A stretch of 63,725 nucleotides of DNA, counting the filler, from Sluysia triapertura (lineage: Eukaryota): the NCBI GenBank assembly GCA_046118255.1. It is 4 parts of 4 records of this genome, joined end to end, with 100 filler letters (N's around TTAATTAATTAA, not from the genome) between each part and the next. Parts side by side here need not be neighbours in the genome. Positions count along the whole stretch, not along the records: positions 18,831 to 31,400 come from JBJNIA010097773.1; positions 31,501 to 46,690 come from JBJNIA010235336.1; 2 more parts are not named here. One strand, 5' to 3'. Shown piece by piece: positions 27,440 to 39,560 of the stretch. The notes under the pieces are model-generated. The model did not search any database and was not told the DNA's origin. It saw only the letters and a program-made list of their open reading frames with translations. The translations under genes and the position numbers were made by a program. Numbering within the stretch: the first letter of the stretch is position 1; each line of letters opens with the position of its first letter.

Positions 27440-27790
27440 TGCTGCTTCGGTTAGAGCAATCAAACTTGTTCTGATACCATTTATTGATGTTAAAAAATCA
27501 CATTTCTTAAGACCTATTACCTTTTCTAGTTCAGCATGTTATTTGAGATATCATTATATGCGAGTTCGATCGTATTCTTTTTGACGATTGTATTCTTTTT
27601 TAATAGCTTTGTACAACAATAGAATAACTATACATAGTAGGTTGAGACAAAAGGTCCTACTTCGATTTATACAAATAGGCTTAATAGACTAAAATTAATA
27701 AAGTTACCGACTAAAAATAATTGATTTAAAAGCAGTTATTAAATTAGGTACAAACAAAAAATGAAATATGCTGATACCTCATCTCATCAC
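27440..27790 (+). mobile_element. Ty3/gypsy RNase H remnant
   Basis: AASVRAIKLVLIPFIDVKKSHFLRPITFSS (cf. DASxxAIGAVLxQ...RPIAFFS) and KYADTSS (cf. ADALSR) downstream. Confidence 0.55.
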
Positions 27791-29564
27791 ATATTTTTTT
27801 TGTTAACGCATGAAGATTTAACACATGTTTAGTAACTTTTTTCTGATATTTAATACCATAGAGGACTTTTCCCGATATTGCATCATCTAATCGACGACAA
27901 TGTCTTTTTATGTTCATGCGTACACTTCGTCTTTAGATCCAACTTAGTACAATTCAAAAAATAGACTATAAAATATTGAAACAAGGTATAACCATTTCAT
28001 TTGTTCTGTAAAAAAACAGTCCATTGATTCCTTAACTCATTTAAAAGATTTAATTCGTTTGGTATAATTTTTTTGTTTTATTTAATTCAAAATCTTCTTC
28101 CACAACATCAGCCTCATTGAGTAACATATCAGCTGTTTTATCATCAAATTTTATTCTTTTGTTATTGTCTTTCACGATCATATTCTATTTAGAAATAGCT
28201 CTATACAACTACAGGTTAACTGTTTTACTATACGTTGTTTATAGGATTAAACATATAAAAAGCATAAAAGATATTTCCTAATAGACCATAGACACTATTA
28301 AAATTTTTTGCGTGCTGCTAAAGTGGACGAAAAAGGCGATATCGACAAAAATACCTGATACATTTATAATAGATTAATATAATTTGTAGATTACGGTGAT
28401 TCTATTATCTGAATTTATAGCTTAAATGAAATGTGAAGTTGTAAGGTGGATGAAATGCATTTAAGTGAGATTGAAGCGAGTTGTTTGTATTTGTGTTTGT
28501 GTTTGGATTACATTTCGTAAAAAATGAGGTTTACAGCTGTGACACCACAAAGATCTCAAAGGTTATTAATCTAAACGTACACTCACAAGATAAAAAAAGT
28601 TTACAACAATCTAATTAAAAGATTCTTAACGATTTCTATCAGTAATTTAAGTGTATATTTCAACCAATTAAAATTTCGTTAGACTTAAATAAACTAAACT
28701 AACGATGATTTCGCAACAAAAACCTTGTGCACAAAATATCTTCATAAATATAAGTCAGCAAAATGTCCTTGGAAATATGATATCTTCTTAAACAAAGTTT
28801 CCTCATGAATAAAATTTGAATTCAATTTGTGTTGTTATTGTTGTTGTAAATTCGTGTTTATACAGTTTTTCTTTACAGAATATATTTTCTTTTAAAACCA
28901 AATTAATTTATCGATATAAAATAATTTTAAGATTAAACATTTAATTAGTAACATTAATATTATTTGTTCCTTATAAATCAATTAAATGTAATATAAATAC
29001 ACACATAGAGTCTATAAATATAAGATAAATAAGTATGCGCGATTATGCACACTGACATATATTGATGTGCATGCTCGTGCACAATGAGCAAAATTATATT
29101 TCCTTGATGTATTAAACTCTGCCTTTATAAATGCATACTAAAAATGAAAGGGTTAGTGCAATTACACTTAGAATAGTTTATTCATTATGCAGCATAATTT
29201 AAGAATATTTATCGCTGGACTTTTGTTTCAAAATACTAAGATAAATCCAGCATGTTTCTGAAACTTAAATTTAGACTAAATAATTACCTTTAAAGAATCT
29301 TAACAAAAGTTCTATCATTTGTTCTAGTTTATCCTTTCTCTTAAAATATTATACCTAACAATATTGTATAATAATTAAATTAATTTAGTTATATTAGCAA
29401 GTATTTTCTAATGTTTTTTATTTGATTTATAAAATATGATTTTGATTTATAATTTAAAATATGTTTGATTAAAAAATTTAATGTATATTTTACGTAGTGA
29501 TAAATAAATGTAAATAAAATATTTTGAAAATATAAATTAAAGTAAGAATTAGTAATTAAATTAC

Positions 29565-30734
29565 TTGAAATTCATCAAGTAAATTGATATAAATTGATAC
29601 ATTTGATAAAGTAGTAGATATCCAATATGTATCCCAATTATCATCATTTATAAAACCGAGAGGGTAAGAGTTAAGACTAATTCGAGATATTTTGTTGTTG
29701 TCTGAAATAAATATTTGAATTTTATTGAAAAAATATATATCAATTATGAAAACAAAAGTACCATAATACTAACTTTTATCTAAACATTCGTTATAATTTG
29801 AAGGATTAATCATTGTGTAGGTATCTGGACAACGACAATTGGTAAGAGTATGAAGTACTGGAAGAGTTCCTGTTGCTGCTTCAGTAATTTCTCTAATATA
29901 AGTAATTATATTTTAAACATTATTACCTTTCAGAAATAATAATTGGTAGCCACAATATATTTTGATATTTTCCACTGAAACTGTCACTTCCAACAATTAT
30001 AGTGTAATTTTTGATAGACTTTGTAATATTTGTGATTGCGAAACTTATATGTTTTGATACTGATATCGACTGAGATCGAGTATATATTTCAAGTGAGCTA
30101 CCTAGCATCTGAATTTAAATTTATTAATTATTATCATATTTATACGTGTTCATAGTTATAAAAACCGTTTATAAAAATATCTATGCTCAAATATTCATGG
30201 ATATTATGCTTATAAACAACATAGATATGATGGCCGTTGGGCGTTTATTATGTTTATATTAATTAACATGTCATATATTAAACTTTGAACACAAAAGTTA
30301 ACATAAAGATTAATCACACGTTTGGTAAAATTCAACAACTGTTGTAATCCACGAGAGTAGTTAATAAAAACATAAATCCATACGTACAATCCGTCAGAAC
30401 TGCATACACACCTTGCAAGGAAAAATACCTTCTGTACTACTACAGAATTCATAATTGAAAATTTGAGTTAACATGATTGAATTTATGGAAAACCACACAA
30501 ATATTTCCTTATCAGTGACCACATTGAAATTATAAAACCGGGCAAGTTTACTGACTCATTTATAGATACCGAAATTCTAGTAGAATGAGAAAAATCAACT
30601 AATATTTTGTGATTTTCATCCCACAAGCTTTTAAATTTAAAGTGATAAACAGGAGACAGTTGGACTCTATAAAACCTACTAACATTACGTAGAACATTTT
30701 CATTTAACATGAATTTGTAATAATTAAAAAACAT
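29565..30734 (-). CDS. USH2A: usherin (USH2A)-like N-terminal LamG-like/laminin-N region, partial (well-supported exons 30108-29927, 29892-29774, 29701-29565; upstream exon boundaries uncertain)
   Basis: Spliced over 34-nt and 72-nt GT-AG introns: IIVGSDSFSGKYQNILWLPIIISER EITEAATGTLPVLHTLTNCRCPDTYTMINPSNYNECLDKNNNKISRISLNSYPLGFINDDNWDTYWISTTLSNVSIYINLLDEFQ. This matches usherin FVGRMQDF...TNREILEV..GDL..LH..SHCRCP...RVSRLN...HPLSFVNDND..TSWVS. GFIISMW upstream resembles SFTLAVW. Confidence 0.82.
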
Positions 30735-31151
30735 GTTTGTTACCTCAGGTGGTATCGATAAAATATAAAAAACAGCTAATTAAAAATAAGTAAAATAAAA
30801 AACTAGCTGCGGACCAAACGGGAGTACTGTAGAAAGTGAAAATGAAAAATGAACACTAACATAAACAAGCACAGTCTAATATATGGTAGCTGTGAAAGAA
30901 GAAATTATTTGGTCTACATGATGGCCTACATGATCACAAAAATTCACATATTAAATCATATGATTATAATTACTTATGAAATGAAACCAGTCATGTAATG
31001 GAAATAGAGGAAGGAAAAATACTAAAGAATAAATTTTACCTTTAACGAACATTAACGAAGTTTTTATTTTTCTCGAATATTTTATTTTCATTTTTTACTT
31101 AAATGACTTACTAGAATTGCAAAAAAAATCTTAGTGAATCTAATTTTTAAA

Positions 31152-31328
31152 NNNNNNNNNNNNNNNNNNNNNNNNNNNNNNNNNNNNNNNNNNNNNNNNN
31201 NNNNNNNNNNNNNNNNNNNNNNNNNNNNNNNNNNNNNNNNNNNNNNNNNNNNNNNNNNNNNNNNNNNNNNNNNNNNNNNNNNNNNNNNNNNNNNNNNNNN
31301 NNNNNNNNNNNNNNNNNNNNNNNNNNNN
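31152..31328. other. assembly gap
   Basis: Run of N. Confidence 0.99.
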
Positions 31329-31400
31329 AAACAAATTCATTTCAAATTTAGATTAATCTTCATTTCCAATTTATATTAATTCCTATATAATAATTCGTTT

Positions 31401-31500
31401 NNNNNNNNNNNNNNNNNNNNNNNNNNNNNNNNNNNNNNNNNNNNTTAATTAATTAANNNNNNNNNNNNNNNNNNNNNNNNNNNNNNNNNNNNNNNNNNNN
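31401..31500. other. artificial contig linker
   Basis: N44-TTAATTAATTAA-N44. Confidence 0.97.
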
Positions 31501-32015
31501 TAATTAAGTTAATTAAGATTTTTAATTAATTAATCTATTTTTAGACTTAATATTATTCTATGTTTAAAGGTTTTATTAAGACTCTAAAGTCATTCAGCAC
31601 TTATTTTAAGGCATTCAGGAGGCTGTAGATGTTTTCACCTTCACCTCCTTCTACTTCTTTTCTACTTCTTTATGTTAATTATTACTAGCTTAAACTTATC
31701 TTTATTATTTTGAACAAAAATTTTATTTCTGAAGCATTTTTAATGATTTTATACACTTTATAAGGTTACTAAATGACTTTAAATACTTATCAATATTCCA
31801 AGAATTCTTAAAGATTACTAAGGTCTTAAATGATCTAAAGGTTCTAAAGTTCAAAGGTACCTTAATGCTTCTAAATGTTTTTCAAGTCCATCTCAAGCTT
31901 CCACAAGGTCTCAAACCCTTATATAGGTCTTTGGAACCTTAATATATTCTTTAGCTGTTAAAATCATTATAAATATTTTCTTTTTCATGATTCTTATTTC
32001 ACAATATTTATAATG
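31501..32015. repeat. repeat family A copy 2
   Basis: Near-identical to 18831-19130 and collinear with 38430-38920 (e.g. AGGTCTTTGGAAC). Confidence 0.85.
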
Positions 32016-32069
32016 TTCAACCCATCACTTGCATAAGTTCTTCCTTGATTTTATAATTCTAAATGTTTC

Positions 32070-33919
32070 TTACTCATCTCCTGATCTATAGTTGGGCAAT
32101 CCCAACATTATTATATAACATGGTTTTCTCTTAAAATCGCTTGTTTTTACATGAGAACTATCATTTGAATTTATCACATAGTTCGGTTTCTCATTTCTAT
32201 TGTCATTGTCATTAATATTATCTCTAACTTTACTTTTATCATTGTCATTATCCATCAGTTTTTTCATGAGAAGAATTATCTAAATCAATATTATCAATAA
32301 CAATCTCACACGGAATCAAATTATCAAAGGACGAACTCTGAGCCATAAAAGTAATAGAAGCCTTCAATGCTTCATCACAAATTCCAATGGGGCAATCGTA
32401 ATTATTTAAAAATTTATAGGGTACCAAATTTATGTCGTGAAAGTATAATCTAATATCTATCATAATCTCCTCGACCTTCCATTTTAGCATTCATTAAATC
32501 ATTAATGTTTAGGGTATTTTTATCCTTTCTAGTTTGCGATACTTTTCTTGCTTTAATCTTATACGGGCTGTCGTCTTTACTTAATAGAACTAAATTAGAT
32601 TTAATGTTGTGGCCATTTCATCTATTAAAATATGAATCGAATAAATAAATAAATTTTTATCAATACTTGTTGCACTTGAGGTACTGTGATTTAAATCTAA
32701 GTAAAATCCCTTAATTTCTTCATTTTTAGTTGACTTTGGTGTATTTAATTTCTTCTTTTCATTGACAAGCACAGTTATTGGTTTCGGTTCACTTTTATTT
32801 TCTAAACCTAATTATTCACTTATATTTGAATCTCCACCTTCACGTATATTAGAATTTATTTCGGAATTTTGACTTGGTTTAGAATTTGTATTAGTCATAC
32901 AGTTATATTTTGACTTGTTTTAGAATCCGTTTTAGACTTGTTTCCAGACTGATTTAGGTAGTATTATTCGAATCATTTTCTTCAGCGGTCATCGAATCCG
33001 TATCGGTATTTGATCTTGAAATCTAATTCTTTATTGTCATATATTTCTATTTGTTTTTATCATTTATTACAGGCATAATTTTCTATATCTCTAACTCCTT
33101 ATCTTTCAACTCTTTTAAAGTATTTAAGATAACACTCGTACATGTAATTTACAAATGCTTCATATTCGTCCTTTTACCTATCTTCCTTTTCATAATCATC
33201 GTCACCATCTAAATTTATTCTAGAAAATTCATTAATAAATCCATCTTTACTATAATGTTTTTCAGTGCATTTCATCGCTCTTCTATAAATTTCTTCTTCA
33301 TAATCATAATCTATGTATGCTCTTTCGTTGTAATTATTGTAACCATTTTGCATTTTATTAAGATTATAATTTATTTGTCCATTATTTTTATTCTTACCGT
33401 CGATGAACTCATCCCTCTCCAAAATCTTGCTTTTTAGTGAGATTTTGGTTGAAATTGTCTGATCTTACCTTCTTACAATTACCACAATGATTGCAGATTA
33501 CATTACCTTTTATGTTTGTTTGAGTCTTATAGTTACCGTTATTATTCAACTTAAGAGGACTCTTATTCCCAATTTTATTATTACTATTTTGTCTAACAAA
33601 ATTTTGGGCAACATAATTTGGCAAACTCAGTACAGGTCTTTGCTAGTAATTTTTTGGACGAGCAATTATTTTCTTTAATTTCTTGATAGTTTTTTTCTCT
33701 ATAATTAGATTTGTTTCCATTATAGTTAGAATTATTTTTAATGTCAGAACTGTAATTCTTCTTTTCAAATCTTGGGGAGTAAATTTTCTTAAGAAAAGGT
33801 CTAATCTTAAAACTATCTTCATCATCACTTATATAACTTATTTTATGTCGCTCTTCAGATAGAGATTTCTCTAACCCTCTTGTCATAATAATGAAAACAC
33901 GAGTTGAGCTACAATACAT
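32070..33919 (-). mobile_element. decayed gag-like region of an LTR element
   Basis: Chain of frameshifted Asn/Lys-rich ORFs with a partial zinc knuckle (VICNHCG), lying directly upstream (minus strand) of repeat A. Confidence 0.5.
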
Positions 33920-34431
33920 GACTTAAAAAGTATAGTAGACGTGTCTGTGGCTATGGAAACGAGAATAGATCATGGTAATGTTTCCTTCACGTGCTCGTTT
34001 GTCAAATGCTTCGAAAAATAGTATGCTACACAATTTTTTTTCTACAATATAGGAGGTTTACTGTATTAGCTGTTCTAATTTTAATCGTAAATTTTAATGC
34101 AATAAATTAACATCATTAAATTCGAAATATGTGTACCTTTATTATTCTGTCTAAGGTATTTTAAATTATTCTTAAATATTCAACAATTAATTAATATTTT
34201 TAATTAAACTGAATTCTATATGTACAATAATAATTCAATATAATTATTTGATATAATTCAAAATTGATATATCAGAAATCAAAAGACAAGTCGTAGACAG
34301 TGAGAAATCAGTACTGATAAAAATTAAAACAGAGATGTTGGTAGGTTATGAAGTAGTTATATTTAACGAAATAAACTTACCAAGATAAATTAATTATAGC
34401 ATCACAAGATAACAACTGTATTTTAAGTTTT

Positions 34432-34712
34432 GAGATTTAAATATGTAAGAAATGTTAAAGAATATAAGAAAAGTTCATGTTTCAAAGAATTTAAGGAATT
34501 TATGCAATTTTAATAATAATAATAGTGTTATTATTATTATTACCATTTTTATTACTGTTATCATTTTATTTTCTTAATTAATTTAGTAACTACCACTACC
34601 AGTGGTGACTGCATTAATTTACATTTACAGTCATTGTCACCACTGATAGTGGTTTGCTTATCAATCAATTTCTTGTTAATGATTATTACTGGCTGTCCAA
34701 TCCAGACGCAAC
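34432..34712 (+). repeat. repeat family B module with twin ACCACTnnnAGTGGT palindromes
   Basis: Closely matches the reverse complement of 59562-59852 over ~280 nt. Confidence 0.9.
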
Positions 34713-34889
34713 AGCAAATCTAGAGTAGACAATTTAATTTTTATAATTTTATGACAATAAAAAGAAAAAAAGTTAGTATAATAGTACTCTCAAATTTTTA
34801 CGACAAAATTAAAAATGACTAAACATTTTACAAAAATTATCATTTAGAATTGAATTGGAAATTAAAAACTTTTTTGTTTAATTGTAATC

Positions 34890-36240
34890 AAATGATACCA
34901 GGTTTAAACATCTTCAGCAACAATTAAATATTAAAATTGATAAAAAGTACAACAATGAAGCTGATCCAATTGCTTCACCGTTAACTAGAGACCTTCACGA
35001 TCATGTAACAAAATTTATGAATTTAAATTATGTTAGAAATTATATCTAATCATATAAAGATGTCGAAGTATTAATACGACAATTAGAAGAATCTGATCTA
35101 AGTTTGAGAAGTAGTACAAAATCTAATAATGATCTTGATTTGCGATGTTTACAAATTATTCATGCGATACTACATAATCGAAAAATACAATTACCGACAC
35201 ATTTGTAAAATCGTATAATAGATAATAAATTACAAGAAATATTTAAAGCTATCGATCAAGTACAGCTTAGTTCGAATATGTTAGAAGTATTTAAAAGGTT
35301 CTCAAATACAGATGATTAATCCTATTGATTCCGTTAGAAAGGAAGTTATCATATTAAAATCATTTATGTCAATTAATGGAAATTCCACACTACGATCTAA
35401 TATGTTGCAATTTTTCCTGAACTCGAAAGAAGAAGTCTTTTTCTATGTAATTACACATCAACTTCAAGATGCATTTGATGATTTGAAAGATAAAAAATTA
35501 AGTTTTGCCAATAATGAAAGTTTTGTAACAAAAAAAACTACTACATGCATCAAAATCTAAGTCTTGCCGAGCAAAGAATGAATGTTGTCCGATTTGTTAT
35601 CCATCTCGAAGGAAATATGAAGCGAAGAATACAAATGAATAAATTCAGAATCGTTGTCCAATCACATTGATCAAAATCATGTTAATGAAGAAAACTATGA
35701 ATTGGAAGTTATTGTAGATAAAAATAATCAATAGGATCGTTTGGAAGGTAATGTTAAAAATGAAAATCCAAAAAATGATGCCAAGAAAGAAAATATCATT
35801 AAGCCAGTATCCATTACTAAAACAGATCCACAACAACAAGTTAATTTAATACTTCAAGTGTTATCTAGAATATGTATGAGACAATTTCATGAACTACAAA
35901 ATTATTTACGCCGTCAATCTGATAATATTGCTGCCGTAGATGTTGTCAGTTTATATATTCAAAAGAGAATCAATCTAACATCGATCAAAGAAGCCATCTC
36001 GGCAACCAAAGAAACTTAACTGTTGTTTATCGTACTAAAGTAATAGATTTTTCGAATTTTGTATTAAGAAATGAGGAGTTGCGTAAATCAGAGAGAGAAA
36101 TAAGCTATTACAGTTATATTTATCAACAAGTCGAATTATTATATTACCGATTGAAGAAGGTGGAAACGAAGCATCAGAACTAGCCGATGAAATCAAAACA
36201 ATAATCGATATCACTGTTATGCTCGATGAATGCGAAGTAA
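34890..36240 (+). pseudogene. IP3 receptor/ryanodine receptor-like fragment (RIH-associated region), disrupted
   Basis: LILQVLSRICMRQFHELQNYLRRQSDNIAAVDVVS resembles the IP3R/RyR motif LQLLCExHNxxxQNYLRxQxxNxxxxNxV. Upstream DLDLRCLQIIHAILHN...AIDQVQ. Several in-frame TAA codons and frameshifts. Confidence 0.65.
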
Positions 36241-36548
36241 TCAATTTTTATTCTTTCATATTAACTTGTGGTTTTATTTAGAAAGCGAATCATGGTTTTT
36301 ATCAGAAGGGATCATTAAGACTAAAATAATTAATAATTTTTTAAATAGATTATCGTGTAATTTTGAGTTTTTTATTATTAATTATATCTACTAAAGTTTG
36401 AGATACCATAAAAACTTTAAAATTAAGAAATTAATGAAATTAACAATTTTTTTAATAATTGTGAATTAAAATTCTTTATAAAATTAATTTTTAAATTCAA
36501 CCTTTCAAATAACGTTAAACCACTTTAAATTTTATGTTAATCATTTCA

Positions 36549-37010
36549 AAAATCATTATCATTGAGATCATAATGTTTTTATAGAATAACTATTTTAAAT
36601 TAAGATTACATGAGGTAATATAAAATCAAAATTTAGTAATAAATAAAAATCATTTTAAATTAAGATTGTAAAGACAACACGAAATCAAAATTATAAACTT
36701 TAAACTCTACTACGACAGCTGATTAAATAAATAAAATCATTCTAAATTAAGATTTTATAGAAATAATGTGAAATTAAATTTTAAAATATGATTTAAAATA
36801 TTCCGTAAAGAAAATAATATCATGTTAAATTAAGATTTCATAAAAAAATGAAATTAAAATGTATAAACATTATGATCAATCAAAATTATTTTAAAATTAG
36901 ATTCTGTGAATAATATGAAAATATTATTTATTAATTGACATAATTCAAAATTAAAATCATTTTAGTTTTCACCATATTATTCATAAAATAAAATCATTAA
37001 AATAAGAATT
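36549..37010 (+). repeat. degenerate minisatellite with core AAAATCATTTTAAATTAAGATT
   Basis: Core copies at about 36591, 36646, 36733, 36818, 36882 and 36990, with variable spacing. Confidence 0.7.
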
Positions 37011-38397
37011 AGAAATTACAACAATTTAAGCAAAATAACAAAATCATAGTTTTCATATTATAAGAATACTTTAATTTTAACATTATTAAATATTAATAAT
37101 ATTGTTTATTGAATATAATATAATTTTTATTACTGACTATTAATATGAACGATTACAATTATTGATTTTTGTTACTTTGATTTTATCATTATTGAATGTA
37201 ACTTATTAGTTTTATAAGCCAAAAGATAAATATAAAGAGACTAGAAAAATATAAATAACACAACAATATTTTAAACATTAACAATCTCATTGTGTTTGTA
37301 AACTTCAACAAACATTGTGGTTATTTTTCGAGTTTATTTGCCGATTATATTAAAGTTACTTTTCAAGATATTTTGCTGATTATATTGTTGAGTCTTTCAA
37401 ATTATTAATTACGTTAAATCGATATCAATTTAATTATCTACAAAAAAGAATTAATTATTTACGTACCAACTATATCAAATATAAATTACCAATACTTTTC
37501 TTACTTATTAATAATAATTATTCTCCCCAAAACTACTTTTTTTTGAAAAGAAAATCAAATCACTAACAACAACAAAATAATTTACTGATTAACCAAAAAT
37601 AAATTACAAATGCGTATTATTATAAATCTCTATTAAGCAGTACTAAAAATGATTAATAATTATAAAATCTAAACTATTATAGTAAAATATTCCTTATTAA
37701 TATTTAAAAATTTATTTTATAGGTCAATAAAATTAATTAAAATTTATATTTGATTAATAAAATAAAATGTTCCCAAAAACATGGATCTTCTTTTCGGGAT
37801 CAGCTGAGAATTATACCTCCTTTTTACGTGTGTGAGTAAAAATGCCTAAGTGTTCTAATTTATACTTTTATGTCATTCAATCATTTCTACATTCGCAATA
37901 AGGAATTACTCTTACACAAATCACCAAAGATTAAACCGACTAAAACGATTTTGACACTTACATGATAAGACCTGTCAAAAAACGAAACAATTCAATTAAC
38001 ATTCAACTCTCACTTTTTTTCTTCTACTCTACTCGATCTATGTTTTCATAAAAATATACAATTATTAAAATAACAATTATTAATGAATTTAACTTTAGTT
38101 TTTACGTTTTAATTAATTTTCAATTCCTCACATTCACTTTCTTATTGGAAAATGTTTAAGGTTCTCATTCCCAAACGAACCATTTCTCAAACATTTTGAC
38201 TTCATTTATGGATTCTCCTATTTCATAGAAATCACTCAATACGCAACTCATCTTCTCTTCATCATTTTAAATTAAAAATTAATTAAATTTCGAGTTTGCT
38301 CAATGTAGAGGCTTTCTTCGCATGAACTCAGTCAGGCCTCATCTTCATCGAAAGATCTCTTTAAAACACATGCATGAACAATTACAGTTTTAACATA

Positions 38398-38920
38398 GCA
38401 TTCAAAAATTTTTACACAAGCGTAATTTTCCTTAATTAAGTTGTTAATTAATTAATTATTTTAACTTATTTTATTCTAAGTTTAAAGGTTTTAATATGGT
38501 TATAAAACTATTAAACACTTTATAAGGTACTCAGGAATCTCTAGATGCTTTCAACTGCACCACTCTGATTCTTTTTCCACTTTTTAATTTCAATTATCAA
38601 TGCATTAAATTTGTCTTCAACATCATTAACCATAATTTTAATCTTTGAACATTTCAAAGGTTCCAAACTTTTTTCAAGGTTATTCGAGGGTGTCAAAAGT
38701 TTATTAAGATCTTAAATGTTTTCAAAGATTCCGAAAGATCAACAAGATCTAAAACGATCCCAAAGTTCAGAAATTCAAAGGTATCTTTCCAAACCTTACT
38801 TAAGTCTTCACAAGGATTTCAATACCATACAAAGGTCTTTGGAACTCCAAGGTATTCTTCGGTTTTGAAATAATTATAAACATTTTACTATTCATTATTC
38901 TTACTCTGAGAATGTTTAAC
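38398..38920. repeat. repeat family A copy 3 (diverged)
   Basis: GCATTCAAAA...CTTAATTAAGTT...AAGGTACTCAGGAATCTCTAGATG...GGTCTTTGGAAC is collinear with copies 1 and 2. Confidence 0.8.
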
Positions 38921-38959
38921 TATGTTTACGTTGTCATATTTTAACTATTTTTATATCAT

Positions 38960-39560
38960 TTTTCTTATATATTTTAAATTTGATAAAACTAACTGGACCT
39001 TACATCCACATTTATTAAAATAAATATATTAATACTTTTTAAATTTAATAATGCTTGTTGCAGATTAATGTCTTGTATCCTAATTCATAAAACATTAAAT
39101 ATAATAAGATTAAATTCTATCATAATAAGTTACATTTGACTTATTAATCGTTTCATAGATTTTTAATATTTTAAGTAAAATTCATAATATTGTTAAATGA
39201 ATTCATATCACGTGATTATGTTATAATTTCAAAATTTCAACTAGGAATACTTTCATTATAAGAAATTATATTGCAAGTCATTTTAAACTCATATTTTTCC
39301 CGATCCTTTTAATTCGGATCACGGATAAATTAACTTAAATTATATAGTTTTAAATTCGCTAAACTTACTACACTAATTGACTTTGTTTTTCGGTTTTTTA
39401 AACGGATTTTAAAAGTCATCATTTTTGTTAAGTCACATTTAAAGGAGACTGAAAGTAAATTCATCTATGTATTAACCTCGCTTTAAAGCGGAAAATAAAT
39501 CAATCATACACATTTTTAACCTGACCGTAAAAGCGTTAATTGAATTGAATTATAATTAAC
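38960..39560 (-). mobile_element. weak gypsy integrase/GPY-F remnant upstream of repeat A
   Basis: The minus strand gives WM*GPV (cf. KWxGPY) near 39000 and NAFTVRL (cf. NGLTERF) near 39530. Confidence 0.35.

Noticed and set aside
33947-33960. RFX X-box-like GTGGCTATGGAAAC
   Set aside because: One mismatch to consensus, adjacent to a retroelement remnant, and no ciliary gene start nearby on the same contig.
34890-35320. TAA reassignment (ciliate-type code) suggested by in-frame TAA in long frames here and at 24.9-25.2 kb
   Set aside because: The same regions contain frameshifts. The intact conserved genes have no in-frame TAA, and the HRG-like gene ends in TAA.
36549-37010. CRISPR-like repeat-spacer appearance
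   Set aside because: The repeats are degenerate, the spacers resemble each other and vary in length, the context is eukaryotic, and there are no cas genes.
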